A DNA stretch of 63,806 nt, counting the filler, from Reclinomonas americana ATCC 50394 (taxonomy: Eukaryota), in assembly GCA_048213135.1 (NCBI GenBank). It is 7 parts of 5 records of this genome, joined end to end, with 100 filler letters (N's around TTAATTAATTAA, not from the genome) between each part and the next. Parts side by side here need not be neighbours in the genome. Positions count along the whole stretch, not along the records: positions 1 to 23,320 come from PS015692.1; 6 more parts are not named here. The stretch is one strand, 5' to 3'. The translations under genes and the position numbers were made by a program. Shown in pieces: positions 1-12,982 of this stretch. Under the pieces are notes generated by a model. The model had not been told where the DNA came from, did no database searches, and saw only the letters and a program-made list of their open reading frames with translations. How positions within the stretch are numbered: the first letter of the stretch is position 1; every line of letters starts with the position of its first letter.

Positions 1-384
1 ACTGTCCTTCCCTGTCTCCCTTCCTTCGTTACTCATTGTTCCTCGTCATTCCCTGCATTCTGCATTCCTCACGCTCTTCTCGTCACTTCTTTTTCTCTCC
101 CTCACGGTCCCTCCCTGTTTCCTTTCCTTCGTCTTTGATTGTTTGTGCTCTTTGCGTCACTTCTCTCTCTCCCTCACGGTGCTTCTCCCTTTCTTGCTTG
201 CCGACCTCCCCTCCTTCGCCTCCTCCTCCTCTCACTTCTGATTTCTAGTCTCTCTCGTTCATTCCCCCTTTTTTACCCTGGTTCTCTTGATACTTTTTCC
301 GTTCTGTGCACCGCGCTCTATGCATCCTCAGCTTCCCTTTCCTTCTTCCCCCTTCCACCCTTCCCCTTCCCCCCCCCCTCTCAG

Positions 385-499
385 GACCATGACCGTGGCC
401 GACGTCGTCCGCTGCGTCTCCCTGCTGGACCCCAACAAGGTGGCCGTGGTGCTGCCCGACGAATTCGCCCTTCTCATCGCACAGAATGTGAAGCATTGA
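385..499 (+). CDS. Terminal exon of an unidentified gene entering from the left edge
   Basis: Long CT tract ending ctctcAG at 384, then GC3-rich frame TMTVADVVRCVSLLDPNKVAVVLPDEFALLIAQNVKH-TGA, followed by an AT-richer 3' region. Confidence 0.55.
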
Positions 500-761
500 A
501 CGCGACACGAATGTTTCTTCTTTTGTATCAAAATGGCTCTCGCCACCGACTGGCTTTATGCATCATCATCATCATCAAAAATTTTGGCAACGTGGGGGAG
601 AAAAAGGATCAATACTACACAGAGTGAGGAGCAAAGAGGTCGGTGCGGCGAGAGCGCATGGCAGAACCTAATGGAAGGGAAGGAGCAGGGAAGAACACAT
701 CTACATCGACAGAGTCGATCGACAATAACAGAATGCAAAATGAGATTAGGGAGCGGCGTCG

Positions 762-767
762 TTATTG

Positions 768-799
<32 letters not shown>

Positions 800-3700
800 T
801 TTGCCGTCTCCGCTCCTGCAACGCTGCAATCTCCTGCTGCAGCGTGCCGAGTGTCTTGCGCAACTCCTTGACGCTCTCCACCAGCGGCGCCACCAGCTGC
901 GTGTACGCCACACCCTCTGCCGTGCGATCGGGACGAGTCGTCACCGCCTCCGGCAGCACCTCGTGCACCTCCTCGGCAATGAAGCCGTGCTGCGTGCGCG
1001 AGTCGCCAATCATGTTGTACGTCACGCCACGGAGGTTGAGCACGCGCTGCAGCGACTCGGCGCCACCGAGCGTCACAATGTCGGTCTTGTAGCGCGCCGA
1101 ACTGGTGCTGAACAGGGTGCCGCGAATGAAAATGTCGCCGCTGTGGCCGTGGAAGATCACGTTGGAGCTCCACTTGGTGTCCTGCTCGGGGTGCGCCAGG
1201 TTTGGCGTCGAGAGGTGCGCCGAGAACACCGCCAAGTTGGCGCCGTCCACACCCAGCGACCAGCTCTTGGTGTTGTCGGCCGGTTGCGAGAAGACGAGCG
1301 ATGATGGCACTCCGTCGACCGCGCGAATGGTGAGCGGCTTGGCGAAGCGATGGAACTGTGAAGTGGGGAGAATGGGGAACGGGGTAAGGGAAAGGCGGAA
1401 GTGGAAGGGAAAGGGAAGGGAAAGGGAAAGGGGAAAGGAGAAGGAGAAGGGAAAGGGGAAGGGAAAGGGAAAGGGGAACGAGAAGGGAAAGGGGAAGTGC
1501 AAGGGAAAGGGGAAGGGAAAGGGAAAGGGAAAGGGGAAGGAGAAGGGGAATGAGAACAAGCTACGGAGCGCAATGCCATCTCTTCTGTTCTCTCTCTCTC
1601 TCTCTCCTTTACCGACTGATAGCGCACTCGAGACATACAACAATGCAAAAGAGTTCTCTCTTTCCATCACCGCCGGCATGCTTTGCCTATCCATCGCTCG
1701 CTCTATCTTCTTCTCACACTCTCTCGACAATCACCTCTCTTCTCAAGCTGTCATGGTGCAAGAACACTCTGAAACTGAATTGGGTTTTCATGCGTCCTCT
1801 CCTCATCAACATGAATGGCCATCTGTCTCCCACACACTCTCTCGTTTCTGCACCCCGTACTCGATACCCTCGCTCTCTTCCTACGACATGCATGCGCCAT
1901 CTCGTCCCTCTTATCATTGTATCTCATCCCGGTGCTTCCGTTCTTTCGTCCACGGATCACAACACATGCACTCTTGTCCGCATCCCTCCCTCTCTGCCTC
2001 ACACCAACTACTCGCACCCTTATTCTCTCTCTTAGCCATTCCCTCGCTCTCTTCTTCCAACACATTTAAAACGCATGCGCCATCTCGTCCTTTTTGTCTT
2101 GTATCTCTCAGCGGCTCAATTCTCGCAATAGCTCTCCTCATTTCCTCCCTTTCTCATTTCTCTCTTCCTCCCTCTTCTTTCTTTCCCTCTTCCCCCTTCT
2201 CCCCTTCTCCCTTCCCCCCTTCTCCCTCTTCTCCCTCTTCTCCCTCCAACTCACCCCTTGCGTGCATCCATCCACCCCGAGGCTGCTCACGTGCAGCGAG
2301 CTGGAGGAGCGGAAACCATCGACACGCCACTGCAGCGGCGACACATCCGTGTCGGCGCCAATGGCCACCGACGATGCGTTGATGCGCACCGGCGCCGAAG
2401 CGTTGCCCGACTGCAGCGCCAGCTCACGCGACACCGACGACGACAGCGCTTGCGCCGTGATGCGCGACGTGGTGGCCGACGTGATCACCGAGACGGCGCC
2501 GTTGAGGACGGTGCGCGTGGCCGGTGAGAGGACCACGTTGCCGTGCGGCGACGAGAGGCTCAGGCCGTCGAGCGTGGAGCGCAGCTCGCCATAGTTGCCG
2601 AGCGTCGTCAGCGACGACACGGTCACGTCGCGTCCGGCGGCGGCCTTCAGCGTCAGAGCACCCGCACTGCCAGACTGCAGCGTGAGGTCGCGAGTGCTGC
2701 GAATGACCTGGGCGCACGTCTGCAGAGTGCCGGAGGCCGGGCACAGGTTGAGGTTGCCGTTGACGGTGGAAATGAGGTTGTTGGCCGACGAAGGCGAAAT
2801 GACCACCACCGAGCAGTCGGCGCCGGTGAAGCCGGCGTCGCAAGTGCACGTGCCCGTGCTCATGTCGCACGAGCCGGCAGCGGAGCACTGGTTCGGGCAG
2901 GCGGCTGCAGGGCAGAAGAAAATGGCGTGAGTGAGTGAGTGAGCAAGAAAAGAGTGGAGGACGCAAGCACACGAAACTCGGCGTGGCCGGTCCGCTGCCA
3001 ATGGCCTGTGAGCCGCCGAGTGTCCATGTCAATGAGTTGTTGCCACCAGCGCGGGTGCCGAAGCGGTGACGCGAGCCGAGCACCGACTGCGCCTGCTGGC
3101 TGGAGAGCGCCAGTCGCAGCACATTGTGCTGCGTGCCCTGCACAAACTCCGTCGGCTGGCCCTGGTTGATCTCGCCCGGCGCAATGTTGTTGCGAGCGCC
3201 GTATCCCTGCTGCGCGGTAAAGTAGCCAGTGTTGCGGTAGCCAAAGGTAATCAAGTAGCCCGACTGCACGGCCGTCACATTGTCGACCAACGCCTGCAGG
3301 CTGCCCGGCGCCACAGAGCAGTCCGCGCCGCCGTAGCCACTGGTGCAAGTGCACACACCAATTGTGGTGTCGCACAGACCGCGCTCAGAGCAGCCCTTCG
3401 GGCACGTCTCTGTGTTTGGGAAAGGAGGGGAGAGAGTCGGTTAGTTTCGGGGGTAATGTCAGAGAAGCAATCAGCTACATCAACGCACTTTGCTCGCACG
3501 ACTGAATCGTCGCATCCGCAGTCACCGTCACGCCATTCAGCGTCCACGCCACCGATGCGGCTGTCAGCGGCACCGAGAACACGCCCGAGTGGCGTCCAGG
3601 AGCAAAGGCCGTCGGCTGACCACGATCTGTGGAACAGGGAATACAAAATGTCAGTGACGATGCGCTCCACTTGCCGCCTCGTGCTCCACAAGTCACTCAC

Positions 3701-6700
3701 CGGCCGTGTCGGCGAAAAAGTTGAGACTGCCAATCGGCAGCGGCACAGTGAAGCCGTTGCGATTGTCAAAACCAAACACAATGACTCGGCTCTCGCCAGT
3801 CAGGCGCGTGCACTCGGCAATCGGCTGCACCGCCGTCGGCGCCACCGCGCACGACAGACCGCGGAAACCGGGGAAGCAAGTGCATTGACCGATCAGCGTG
3901 TTGCACAGGCCATGACCACTGCAGTCGCTCGGGCACGGCACTGGTGCAGGGGAATGAGAACGATGAGCAGATAAGAAAAAAGCACGTGAGGAGGCGAACT
4001 ACGCAGTCACTCACCGACACAGCGCTTGTCGGCACGGGTGGCCGCCGCCTCGTTGCCGTCCAGGGCCCAGGTGACAGAGTCGACAAACGGAGCACGCAGC
4101 ACCGAGCGCTGGCGACCAACGTCGAACTTGCTGAGCAGCGTCACCGGGGACGACGCGCCAATGAGGAAGTTGGTCTCGTCGTTCGGCGCACTCGTCTTGA
4201 CCACCGTCGTGGGGTTCGAGTAGCCAAACACTGCCGTGAGCGCACCAGCGGCGTTCTCCTGCACGCACTCCAGCACCGGCACCAGTGATGCAGGCGCCGA
4301 CTCGCACGCGTCGCCAAAGTAGCCATCGGCACAGTTGCACTGGCCGCGCAGGGTGTTGCACGAGCCGTGGCCGTTGCACTCGAGCTCTTCGTCGGACACG
4401 ACGACGGTGGGGCACGACTGGGTGGTCTCCGGGAAGCCGCAGACGGTGCACGATTCTGAGGGGGGAATGGGAGGGGAAGGGATGAGAAAAGGGAAAGGAA
4501 AAGGGAAGAGAAAAGGGGAAGGAGAACGGGAAGGTGAACGGGAAGGAGAACGGGAAGGAGAACGGGAAGGGGAAGGGGAAGGAGGTGAGAGTAAGTGAGA
4601 GTGAGAGAGAGAGGTAAAGGGGAAGGCAGTGGGAGAGAGACACACAAAGAGAGAGGGAGAAAGAGAGAAAAGGATGAGATTGGAAACAGGAAAAGGGTCT
4701 CTGTCTCACTTTCTGTTGTCCTCTGTATCACTCTTCTCCCGTTTCTCGTCCTCCGCCCATCTCTGCTCCTCTTCTTCCAATATTCTTCATCCTGTTGCTC
4801 CGTTCTGTTCGATTCTCTCTTCTCATGATCCTCACTCTTCTTTTCTCGCTATCCGCTCTCCTCTATTTTCTCTTCGCTCTCGACATGCAATGTGCTCTTC
4901 CTCTCAATTCTCTGATCATCGTCTGCAGTATCTCCGTTGTTTCCTTCTCTCTTTCATCGCTCACATTCTCCTTCTTTCAAATCTCTCTCCTCTTCATCCC
5001 CTTCCTCGCCATCCACTCTTCTTTTCGTGCTCTTTTTCTCGCCATCCATCTTCTGACGCCATTGCTATCACTTTGTCTTTCCTTCTTACCCTCTCTTCCC
5101 CTCTCACCCTCCCTTCCCTCTCACCCTCCCTTTCCCTTCTGCCCCTCTCGACTCACCATCACACGAGGGGCTATCCGTCGCCGCGCGCACCACCTGACTG
5201 CCAATCATCCACGACACGCTCTGCGTAAAGGCCACCTGCACGGCACCAAAGACACGCGCACCGGCAACCGAGCGGCTGCTAAACACCGACGGCTGCGTCT
5301 GCGCCTCCAGCGGAGTGACTCCGTCCGAGCTCAGCAGCACATTGGCCGCGGTGCCGGCCGGCAGCACCACATTCACCGCGTTGGAGTTGATGTAGCCGAA
5401 AATGGCAAAGTAGCTGTCGACTTCGGCGTCGAAACGCACGCAATCCAGCTGTGGCACGACAGGCGCATCCGCCACACTGCAGTCCTCGCCACCAAAGCCC
5501 TGATCGCACTCGCACACACCGGCGACACACTCGCCGCGACCACTGCAGCTGTTGGGGCACGGCGTCTGGCACACCGGCGACTCGTCGCTGGCCACCGCCG
5601 ACAAGGTGAACAGACGCCACGCCGTCATGCCGTCCGACGTGCTCGGAGCCACTCGGGCCTCAAAGGCGTAGCTAAAGGTGCCCGGATAGAAGGTGATGGG
5701 CTGTGCACGCGACTGCGGTGACGGCAGGAACTGGTTGTTGTCGCCGACTGGGATGGTGCGCGCCACCGGGTTGGGGTTGCGGTAGCCGAAGCGAGCCACG
5801 CGGCCGAGCTCGGCGTCGTCGCGCACGCACTGCAGCGTCGGCACCACGTCGGCCAGCACCTTGCTGCAGTCATCGCCAAAGAAGGGATCCTTGCACTCGC
5901 ACTCGCCATACAGCGAGTTGCACGAGCCGTGCGCCGCATCGGTGCACCCGTTGGGGCACGTGCGCACACAGCGCGCAGCATTCAGCGTTGCCGTGGCCGT
6001 CAGTGAGCCCACTGTCCACGTGAGATCGCTGACCGGGTTGTACGGCACACGGAACACCTGGTGATGCTCGCCCGCCAGGAACAGGTCGGGCTGGCCGCGA
6101 TTCACCGTGCCCGGCGAGAAGAAATTGTCGCCTGCCGTCTGGTGAATACCACGAGTCTCCGTCGACGGGTTCGAGTAGCCAAACACGGCGGTGAGGGCGC
6201 CAGAGCGCGACTCCTCGAGGCACTCAAACACGGGCACAATCGGACCGACGGCCACACTGCACGTGTCGCCGGAGAAACCCGTCGAGCACGAGCACCGTCC
6301 AACCGTCTGATCGCACACGCCATGGTCGCCGCAGTCCTTTGCACACGGGTACAGGCAGCGCGGCGAGTCGGCCGAGGCGGTCAGTGCCGGCGAGTCGTCC
6401 AGCGTCCAGCTCACACGCGAGTCGGCACTGAATGGCACCTGGAACACGAAGCGGCGGCGGCCAGTGAAGAAGTTGACCGGCTGACCGGCGTTGACCGAGT
6501 CCGCGCCGTCCACCTGGTTGCGGGTACCGACGGCAATGGAACGCGGATATTGGTTGCTGTTGACGTAGCCAAAGTGCGCCACCAGCTGGCCGGCATTCGC
6601 CTGGTCGACCGACACGCACTCGAGAATCGGCTGCACCGTCTGCAGATCGATGCGCGAGCAATCGGCACCCGTCCAGCCCTTGTCGCACGCGCACTTCAGC

Positions 6701-9700
6701 GTCGAGTAGCTGCACGAGCCGTGGTCGCTGCAGAGCGAGCGCGGGCACTGAGCGGGGCACGTGACGGTGAAATCGGACGACGAGGTGGCCTGGAAGTTGT
6801 CGATGCGCCACGACAGCGACGAGTCGGCATCGTGCTCCGTGAGGAACACGGTCGGGTGGCTGCCGGGCTTGAACGACGTCGGTTGACCGAGGTCTGTGTG
6901 GAAGGGGGAATGAGAAAAGAGGTGCGTGGGGAAACGAGAGAAGAAATGGAATGCACACAAACCAGCATCGCCCGGAGAAAACTGGTTGTCGTTCTCGCCA
7001 ATCTGCACCGTGCGCGTCACCACATTCTCGCTGTCGTAGCCCCACACCGAGATCAGCGTGTTTGTGGTGGTGTTGACGAGGTTGCAGTTGAGACGCGGGC
7101 GCACTGGTGCCGTCGGCTGGCTGCAATCCAAGCCGCCAAAGCCCACGTTGCACTGGCACGAGCCGGCCACGCACGAGCCGCGCAGCGAGCAGTCATTGGT
7201 GCACGTCGATGCCAGCAGCGACACGTCGTGGCTGCCGCCGGTGAAAGCCAGGCCAAACGAATCCGATGCCACCGCGCTGCCGGCCGACGCGCCGCCAAAG
7301 AGCGACACGAAAATGCCATTGGCGGCGGAGCGGTCGGGCAGCGAGCGGCTGCTCGGCACCAGCTGCGAGCAGTCGGCGCCCGTGTAGTTCTTGAAGCACT
7401 GGCACACGCCGGAGACGCAGAATCCCTGTCCCGAGCAGCTGTTCGGGCAGGTGGTGCTCTTGCAAAAGTTGGTCGACGGGGGTGGGGAGAGGGTGTCAAT
7501 GAAGCGCAGGCCGTCGGAGAAGATGGCGAGGGAGGAGTCGGTGGAGTTGAGCTGCGCGACAAAAGGGGAAGGGGTTAAGGGGAAGGGGATGAAAGGGGAA
7601 GGGGATGAAGGGGGAAGGGATGAAAGGAGAAGGGATGGAAGGAGAAGGGATGAAATAAGGAAGGGATGAAATGGGGAAGGAAAGAAAGGGGAAGGGATGA
7701 AATGGGGAAGGGATGAAATGGGGAAGGGATGAGGAAGGGACAAGGAAGGGTTAAGATGAGGGATGATGGGGAAGGGGGGAAGGATGGAGAGAGAAGAGGA
7801 ACGAGAGCTGGAAGCAATGCAAGGGCTACAGAATTACGAGTTGATGAGAGACAACAAACGAGTGAGATAGAATCAGAGCGACATGACAGGGCGACGAAAG
7901 ACAGATTAAGCAAACGAAAACAGGAAAATAGAATACAGAGACACAATTGGGAAACAGGCACATTGCGGATGAGTAAAAAGAAGAGGCAGAAGGGGGAAGA
8001 AGCAGTGCGAGCAAGGTGAGGAACACCGAGCACGCTGACGGACCAGAGAAAGAGCGAGAAACGAATGGGAGACTAAAAACTGGGGAACGACAAAGAGAGA
8101 GTGAGCACATTCCCCTTTCCCAAACACAAACCTGCTTGAGTGCCCACTTGTCGACCGTCAACTCGTCAAACGTGGTGTCGCACGGAGTGTTGATCAGCGT
8201 ACGCGTGCGGTTCAGCAGCGTCTCCGTGTCGACCAGGCGCCGGGTGATGCGAGTGGTCTCGGTGGTGTACTGCGACGACAGTGTCGTCCAGGTCGAGTTG
8301 AGCATGTTGACCAGAGTCGTGGTGGTGCTGATCGAGGTCTCCAGTGTCGTGACATGCGTGGTGAGGTCGATGAAAGTCGAGTTCAGCGAGGTGACGTTGG
8401 TGCGCAGAGCGGCGATCTTGGGCGCACAGCACGACGACGCATCGTCGGCCAGCGTGGCAAAGCCGCCACGCACCGCCGAGGTGGAGGTGGTGCGCGGCTT
8501 GGCGTTGTTGGCGTACACGGCCAGCGAGCGGAACTCGGCGGCCGAGATGGTGGTGAAGCCGGAGCCGCTCGAGCGCGGATCGCTGTCGTTGTTGATGTCG
8601 CCCAGGGCCAGCGAGCCCTCACCGACCATCACACCCGACGTCGGACGGAAACGCCAGTCGAGGTTGGCGGGTTCGTCGGCCGAGGTCGAGTTGGAGCGGG
8701 AGAGGCGGCCGAGAATGATCTCGCCGTCGTGGTTCTCCACGTATAGTCCGCGGTCGGTGCCGTTGAAGCGCGCGCCAATGGCGGTGAAGATGAGAGTGGG
8801 TTGGTTGAGTTGCAGCTGCAACAGGGAAAGGGAAGTGGGTGAAGGAAGTGAGTGAAGAGAGAAGGAAAGGGGAAGGAAAAGGGGAAGGAAAAGGGGAAGG
8901 AAAGGGGAAGGAAGGGGAGGGAGACGAGAAGGAAGGGGATGGATGTTGGGATATAGTGTGTGGGGAGAGTGTGTGGGGAGAGTGTGTGGGGAGAGTGTGT
9001 GGGGAAGAGTGGGGGACGAGTGTGGGAGGGGAAGAGTGTGGGGGGAGAGTGTGGGGGGAGAGTGTGTGGAAGGGGTGGATGTGACAGAAGTTCAATTGGA
9101 GAGCGCAGCACAGTGACGATGATCAGTGAAGAAAACAAAGATTGGTGACACACAGCACAAGAGAATTGCAACGCAAAGGCCTTCTCGTGCAACTCCCCGC
9201 TCTCTCTTCTGCCCATCTCCGCAACGCAACTCCAGTGAATGGCGACAGAGCGAAAATCGACGACGAGTTGCCGTTGAGCTCCGTCGACAAGGCAGTGAGC
9301 TGCAGCTGTTCGCTCACTGGGCGCAAGAAGAATTCGTCAGTGAAAAAGTGAAAGAGACAAGAAACAGAGTGCTGGCAACGCACAATTCTTCTCAAACGTG
9401 TAGTTGATGTTGGGATCGGAGAAACCGCCACCAGCAGCTCTGGTATCGCGCGTCGTGTACGAAGAATGCGTGTCACCATCATCCACGGATAGATACTTGC
9501 CGCGTTTCGGAGGACCTACAGAGACAAGTGGTTGATAAATGGTCGAAGCTCTCGCGTTGAACCGAAATCGTACCTTGATTGATGGGCACTTCGGGCTGCC
9601 AACTCATTCGCGATGTACTGATCATGTTCGCCGATTGTATCATCGGAGCGTCGACACCATTGGAGCCCATAATCTGCAAGGCATAAGTGAGTGTGGCAGA

Positions 9701-12700
9701 AAAGAGGGAAGGGGAATACACACACCAACGCACCATCAAATCGTCGTTGGTGGTCCAGTTGCCACGGAGCGGCCAGTACGCCCACAGGAACTGCAGGCCG
9801 ATAAAGATGACCACAATGGCCACCACAATCCACATGGCAATCCAGATGCCACGGCGGCAGCACTGTGCGGGGGGATGAGATGAGCACGAAGTAGGAGAGG
9901 AGGGAGAGGGGGTTGGGAGAGAAGGGGAAAGAGAGAGAGAGAGAGAGGTCTGAATTGAAAGACTTGCCTTCTGACGGAACGGCTCAGCATCGGCGTAAGT
10001 CTTGTGGTGGTCCATGAAGTGGATCTCACGACGCGTGTCGTGCTGCGAGAACGAGCGCTGGCCGAAGAGGACGCGAAGACGGTGCTTCTCGGCATCGCGA
10101 ATGCCTGTGATGTGGAGGTGTGAGGATAGTGGGGAGGAGAGGAGAGAGGGAAGGACTGCTCACCAGGAATGTCGCTCTGCGCCGAGTGGTAGCTGCCTTC
10201 GTCCTCGCGACGAGGAGTCGAGTCGAAGCGAACCTCTCCGCGGGTAGCGAAGCTGATGAGACGGAGGAGGGTAAGCGAAACAGCAACAAACATGACAGAA
10301 GCAGAGGGAAGACTCACCGTGCGCTGTCGGGGAACTCGAGCGTGGTCTGCGGCGGCTCAGTGCGTGCACTCTCCGGGAACTCAATGGTGGTCGTAGGCAA
10401 CTGCTGCAGCTGGCGACGGTCGGTCTTGGGGGTGGCGGGGAACTCAATGTCGGTGGCCGACTTTTCGAAGTCCTCGCCGGCCTTGCGTGCCTCGGCGAGG
10501 TAGTCGAGGGGGCCGCGGGGGGTTCTGAGAAGTGGGCAGAAGGGGAAGGGTGAGGGGGAAGGGGGCGGGAAGAAGGGGAGGGTGAAAGGGAGAGTGAGTG
10601 AGAGAAGGGAGAGAGTAAGAGAAGGGAGAGAGTGAAAGGGGGAGTGAGAAGGGGAGTGAGAAGGGGAGTGGAAGGGGGAGTGGAAGGGGAGTGAAAGGGG
10701 GAGTGAAAGGGGGAGTGAAAGGGGGAGTGAAAGGGGGAGTGAAAGCAAGAGTGAGAAGCGGGAGTGAGAAGCGGGAGTGAGAGGCGGGAGTGAGAGGCGT
10801 GAGTGAGAAGCGGGAGTGAGAAGCGGGAGTGAGAAGCGGGAGTGAAAGGGGGAGAGTGAGAGAAGGGAGAGAGTGAGAGAAGGGAGAGTGAAAGGGGAGT
10901 GAAATGGAAAACATAGAGATAGAAAATGTGTATCAGACAGCGAAGAAAGGCGAAGGAGCAAGGGAATGCGAGGGAATGCAACGAGAGTAAAACAGGAGCG
11001 CAACATGATGGAGAAAAAGAAATGCGAGAGGCGAGGAGAGTGAGAGGGGAGAGTGAAATCAGCATCCTGTCCCTCACTCCCTCTCATCTCGTTCCTTCCC
11101 GTCGTCCCTCACGCTCCCTCCCTTGTCCACCATTCTCTCCCACCACGCAACTCATGCTCAATGACACTGCCCGTGTCGGAACCATCGTGGTCGGGCTCCG
11201 GATCGTTGTCGACACGCTGGATCCACACACGGCCGAGCTCCTTGTTCTTCATCCACCAATCGCTAAACTCGCACTGGTAGTCCTCGCGGATCTTGGACAT
11301 AAAGTCCTGACGCTGCGTCTCCATCTCGGCCGCAAAGGCCTTGGTGCGGAAGTCTTCCGGACGGAAGCGCATGGTTTCGCGCTCCACAGTGCCAGACGCT
11401 GCAACGGGGGAATAGTCAGAGAGACGATTGTGGACAGGGGGGGAGAGACAGCATNNNNNNNNNNNNNNNNNNNNNNNNNNNNNNNNNNNNNNNNNNNNNN
11501 NNNNNNNNNNNNNNNNNNNNNNNNNNNNNNNNNNNNNNNNNNNNNNNNNNNNNNNNNNNNNNNNNNNNNNNNNNNNNNNNNNNNNNNNNNNNNNNNNNNN
11601 NNNNNNNNNNNNNNNNNNNNNNNNNNNNNNNNNNNNNNNNNNNNNNNNNNNNNNNNNNNNNNNNNNNNNNNNNNNNNNNNNNNNNNNNNNNNNNNNNNNN
11701 NNNNNNNNNNNNNNNNNNNNNNNNNNNNNNNNNNNNNNNNNNNNNNNNNNNNNNNNNNNNNNNNNNNNNNNNNNGAGAGGGAGAGGGAAGGCAAAAAGAG
11801 GCGGGGAGGGGAGGGTAAGGGGAGAGGGAAGGAAAAGGGAAGGAAGAGGGAAGGAAGAGGGAAGGGAGAGGGAAGGGAGAGGGAAGGGAGAGGGAAGGGA
11901 GAGGGAAGATAGGGTGAAGCACGGGACGGATGGTGTGAACGGTGACACGACAGAGATGCGCAGAACGACACGGAAGTGAACAACGAAGCTCAATTATGAG
12001 TGAAACCAAGAGAGCAGCAGGTACAAGTGAACAAAAGCGAACTGAGAGTGCACGGATGCGGAAAAACGATGAAAGGCACAGAAGTGAGAACACAATACAA
12101 GTGTCAACAAAACATGCGAGAAGGGCGCAGCAGTGATGTGAGACACGATCAGCTGAAGTGAAGAAAGAGAGAGGAACGTGCAGAATGACACGCGAGCAAA
12201 GGCCGCAAGTGTGAGAAGAGCCAAGAGAAATGAACGAGTGTGCAGAGAATGCAGAATGAAACAGAAGTAAAGAAGTGGGTTGAGAACAGAGTGACTGAAG
12301 AATGCAGAGAAGCAGAATGACACAGAAATCAATGAAGAGCACAGAAATGAAAGTTCAGAGAATGCAGAATGACAAAGACATGAGGGAATGGGCTGAGTGC
12401 GTGACTTCAGCGGGAAGAATACAGAATATGTGGAGTGAGAGAAGAGCAAAAAATACAGCGGAAAAGGTGTGCAAAAAAACTGAATAGAAATCAGTACTGT
12501 GTTCGAAATCCTTCGCTGCACAGACAAGCAATGCAGAGTAATGCTCACAGCTTCCCAGTCAGCTGTCCCTCTGTCCTCTCTCTCCCCACTCCTCCCCAAG
12601 AAACGTCGCGCTCACCTCACTGAGGAACCGCGCCGAAGCCGACGTCGAGTCACCCGTGGCCGTCAGCAGCGACGAGGAGGACGCGCCTGCCGCGTCCGCT

Positions 12701-12795
12701 GCCGCCAAAGCCTGTCCTGCAGCCGCCGAGGATGCGCTCGAGGGAGAAGTCGGCGGAGAGCTTCCGACTGTGAATGGTGGAGCGCGCAGAGACAT
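762..12795 (-). CDS. Giant type II membrane protein: cytosolic N-terminus, TM helix, coiled coil, 10 tenascin-like EGF + 8 unnamed repeats, beta-fibre region, C-terminal peptidase S74 (intramolecular chaperone) domain
   Basis: Manual exon chain with compatible phases where checked: ~12621-12795 (tentative, separated by an N gap), 11152-11398, 10318-10524, 10164-10252, 9968-10104, 9733-9862, 9574-9673, ~9384-9515, 9231-9316, 8132-8815, 6962-7552, 5156-6893, 4015-4455, 3701-3940, 3488-3626, ~2971-3409, 2254-2905, 762-1355. TM segment IWIAMWIVVAIVVIFIGLQFLWAYW follows RQKCCRR. EGF pattern CPxxCSxHGxC..C.C..G(F/Y).G.DCS. The end reads TSSARYKTDI...LRGVTY...GFIAEEVHEVLPEAV...VAYTQLVAPLVESVKEL plus coiled coil and polyQ. 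Confidence 0.8.
800..1103 (-). other. Peptidase S74 / endosialidase-type intramolecular chaperone domain with trailing coiled coil
   Basis: S-S-A-R-Y-K at 1086-1103 (variant of the S-D-x-R-x-K Ser/Lys dyad), G-F-I-A-E-E-V, L-P-E-A-V and V-A-Y-x-x-L-V-A-P-L-V-E-S-V-K-E-L motifs in the canonical order. Confidence 0.88.
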
Positions 12796-12982
12796 GTGCG
12801 ATTCAGTTGATCGGCGTCAACACGGCGTTGTTGCTTGTGTGTATGTGTGTCGCACAATAACAAAGTCTAACCACACACTCACTCACTGAATCACTCAAAG
12901 AGAAACCAATCACAAAACCAAATGCACTCTCTCTCTCTTTCTCTGTCTGTCTGTGTGTCTGTCTGTGTCTGTCTCTCAGAGT

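Noticed and set aside
762..1355. Prophage or viral insertion suggested by the S74 domain
   Set aside because: The domain is the last exon of a spliced host gene with a polyQ tail, and no other phage or viral genes are nearby.
1105..2382. ORFs with GK/ER/PF/LS dipeptide runs throughout the window
   Set aside because: Translations of intronic GA/CT microsatellites.
6061..7578. Long plus-strand ORF (505 aa) and similar antisense ORFs (e.g. 3066-3974, 37504-38604, 53994-55193, 57848-58951)
   Set aside because: Shadow frames of GC-rich true genes on the opposite strand, with no recognisable motifs.
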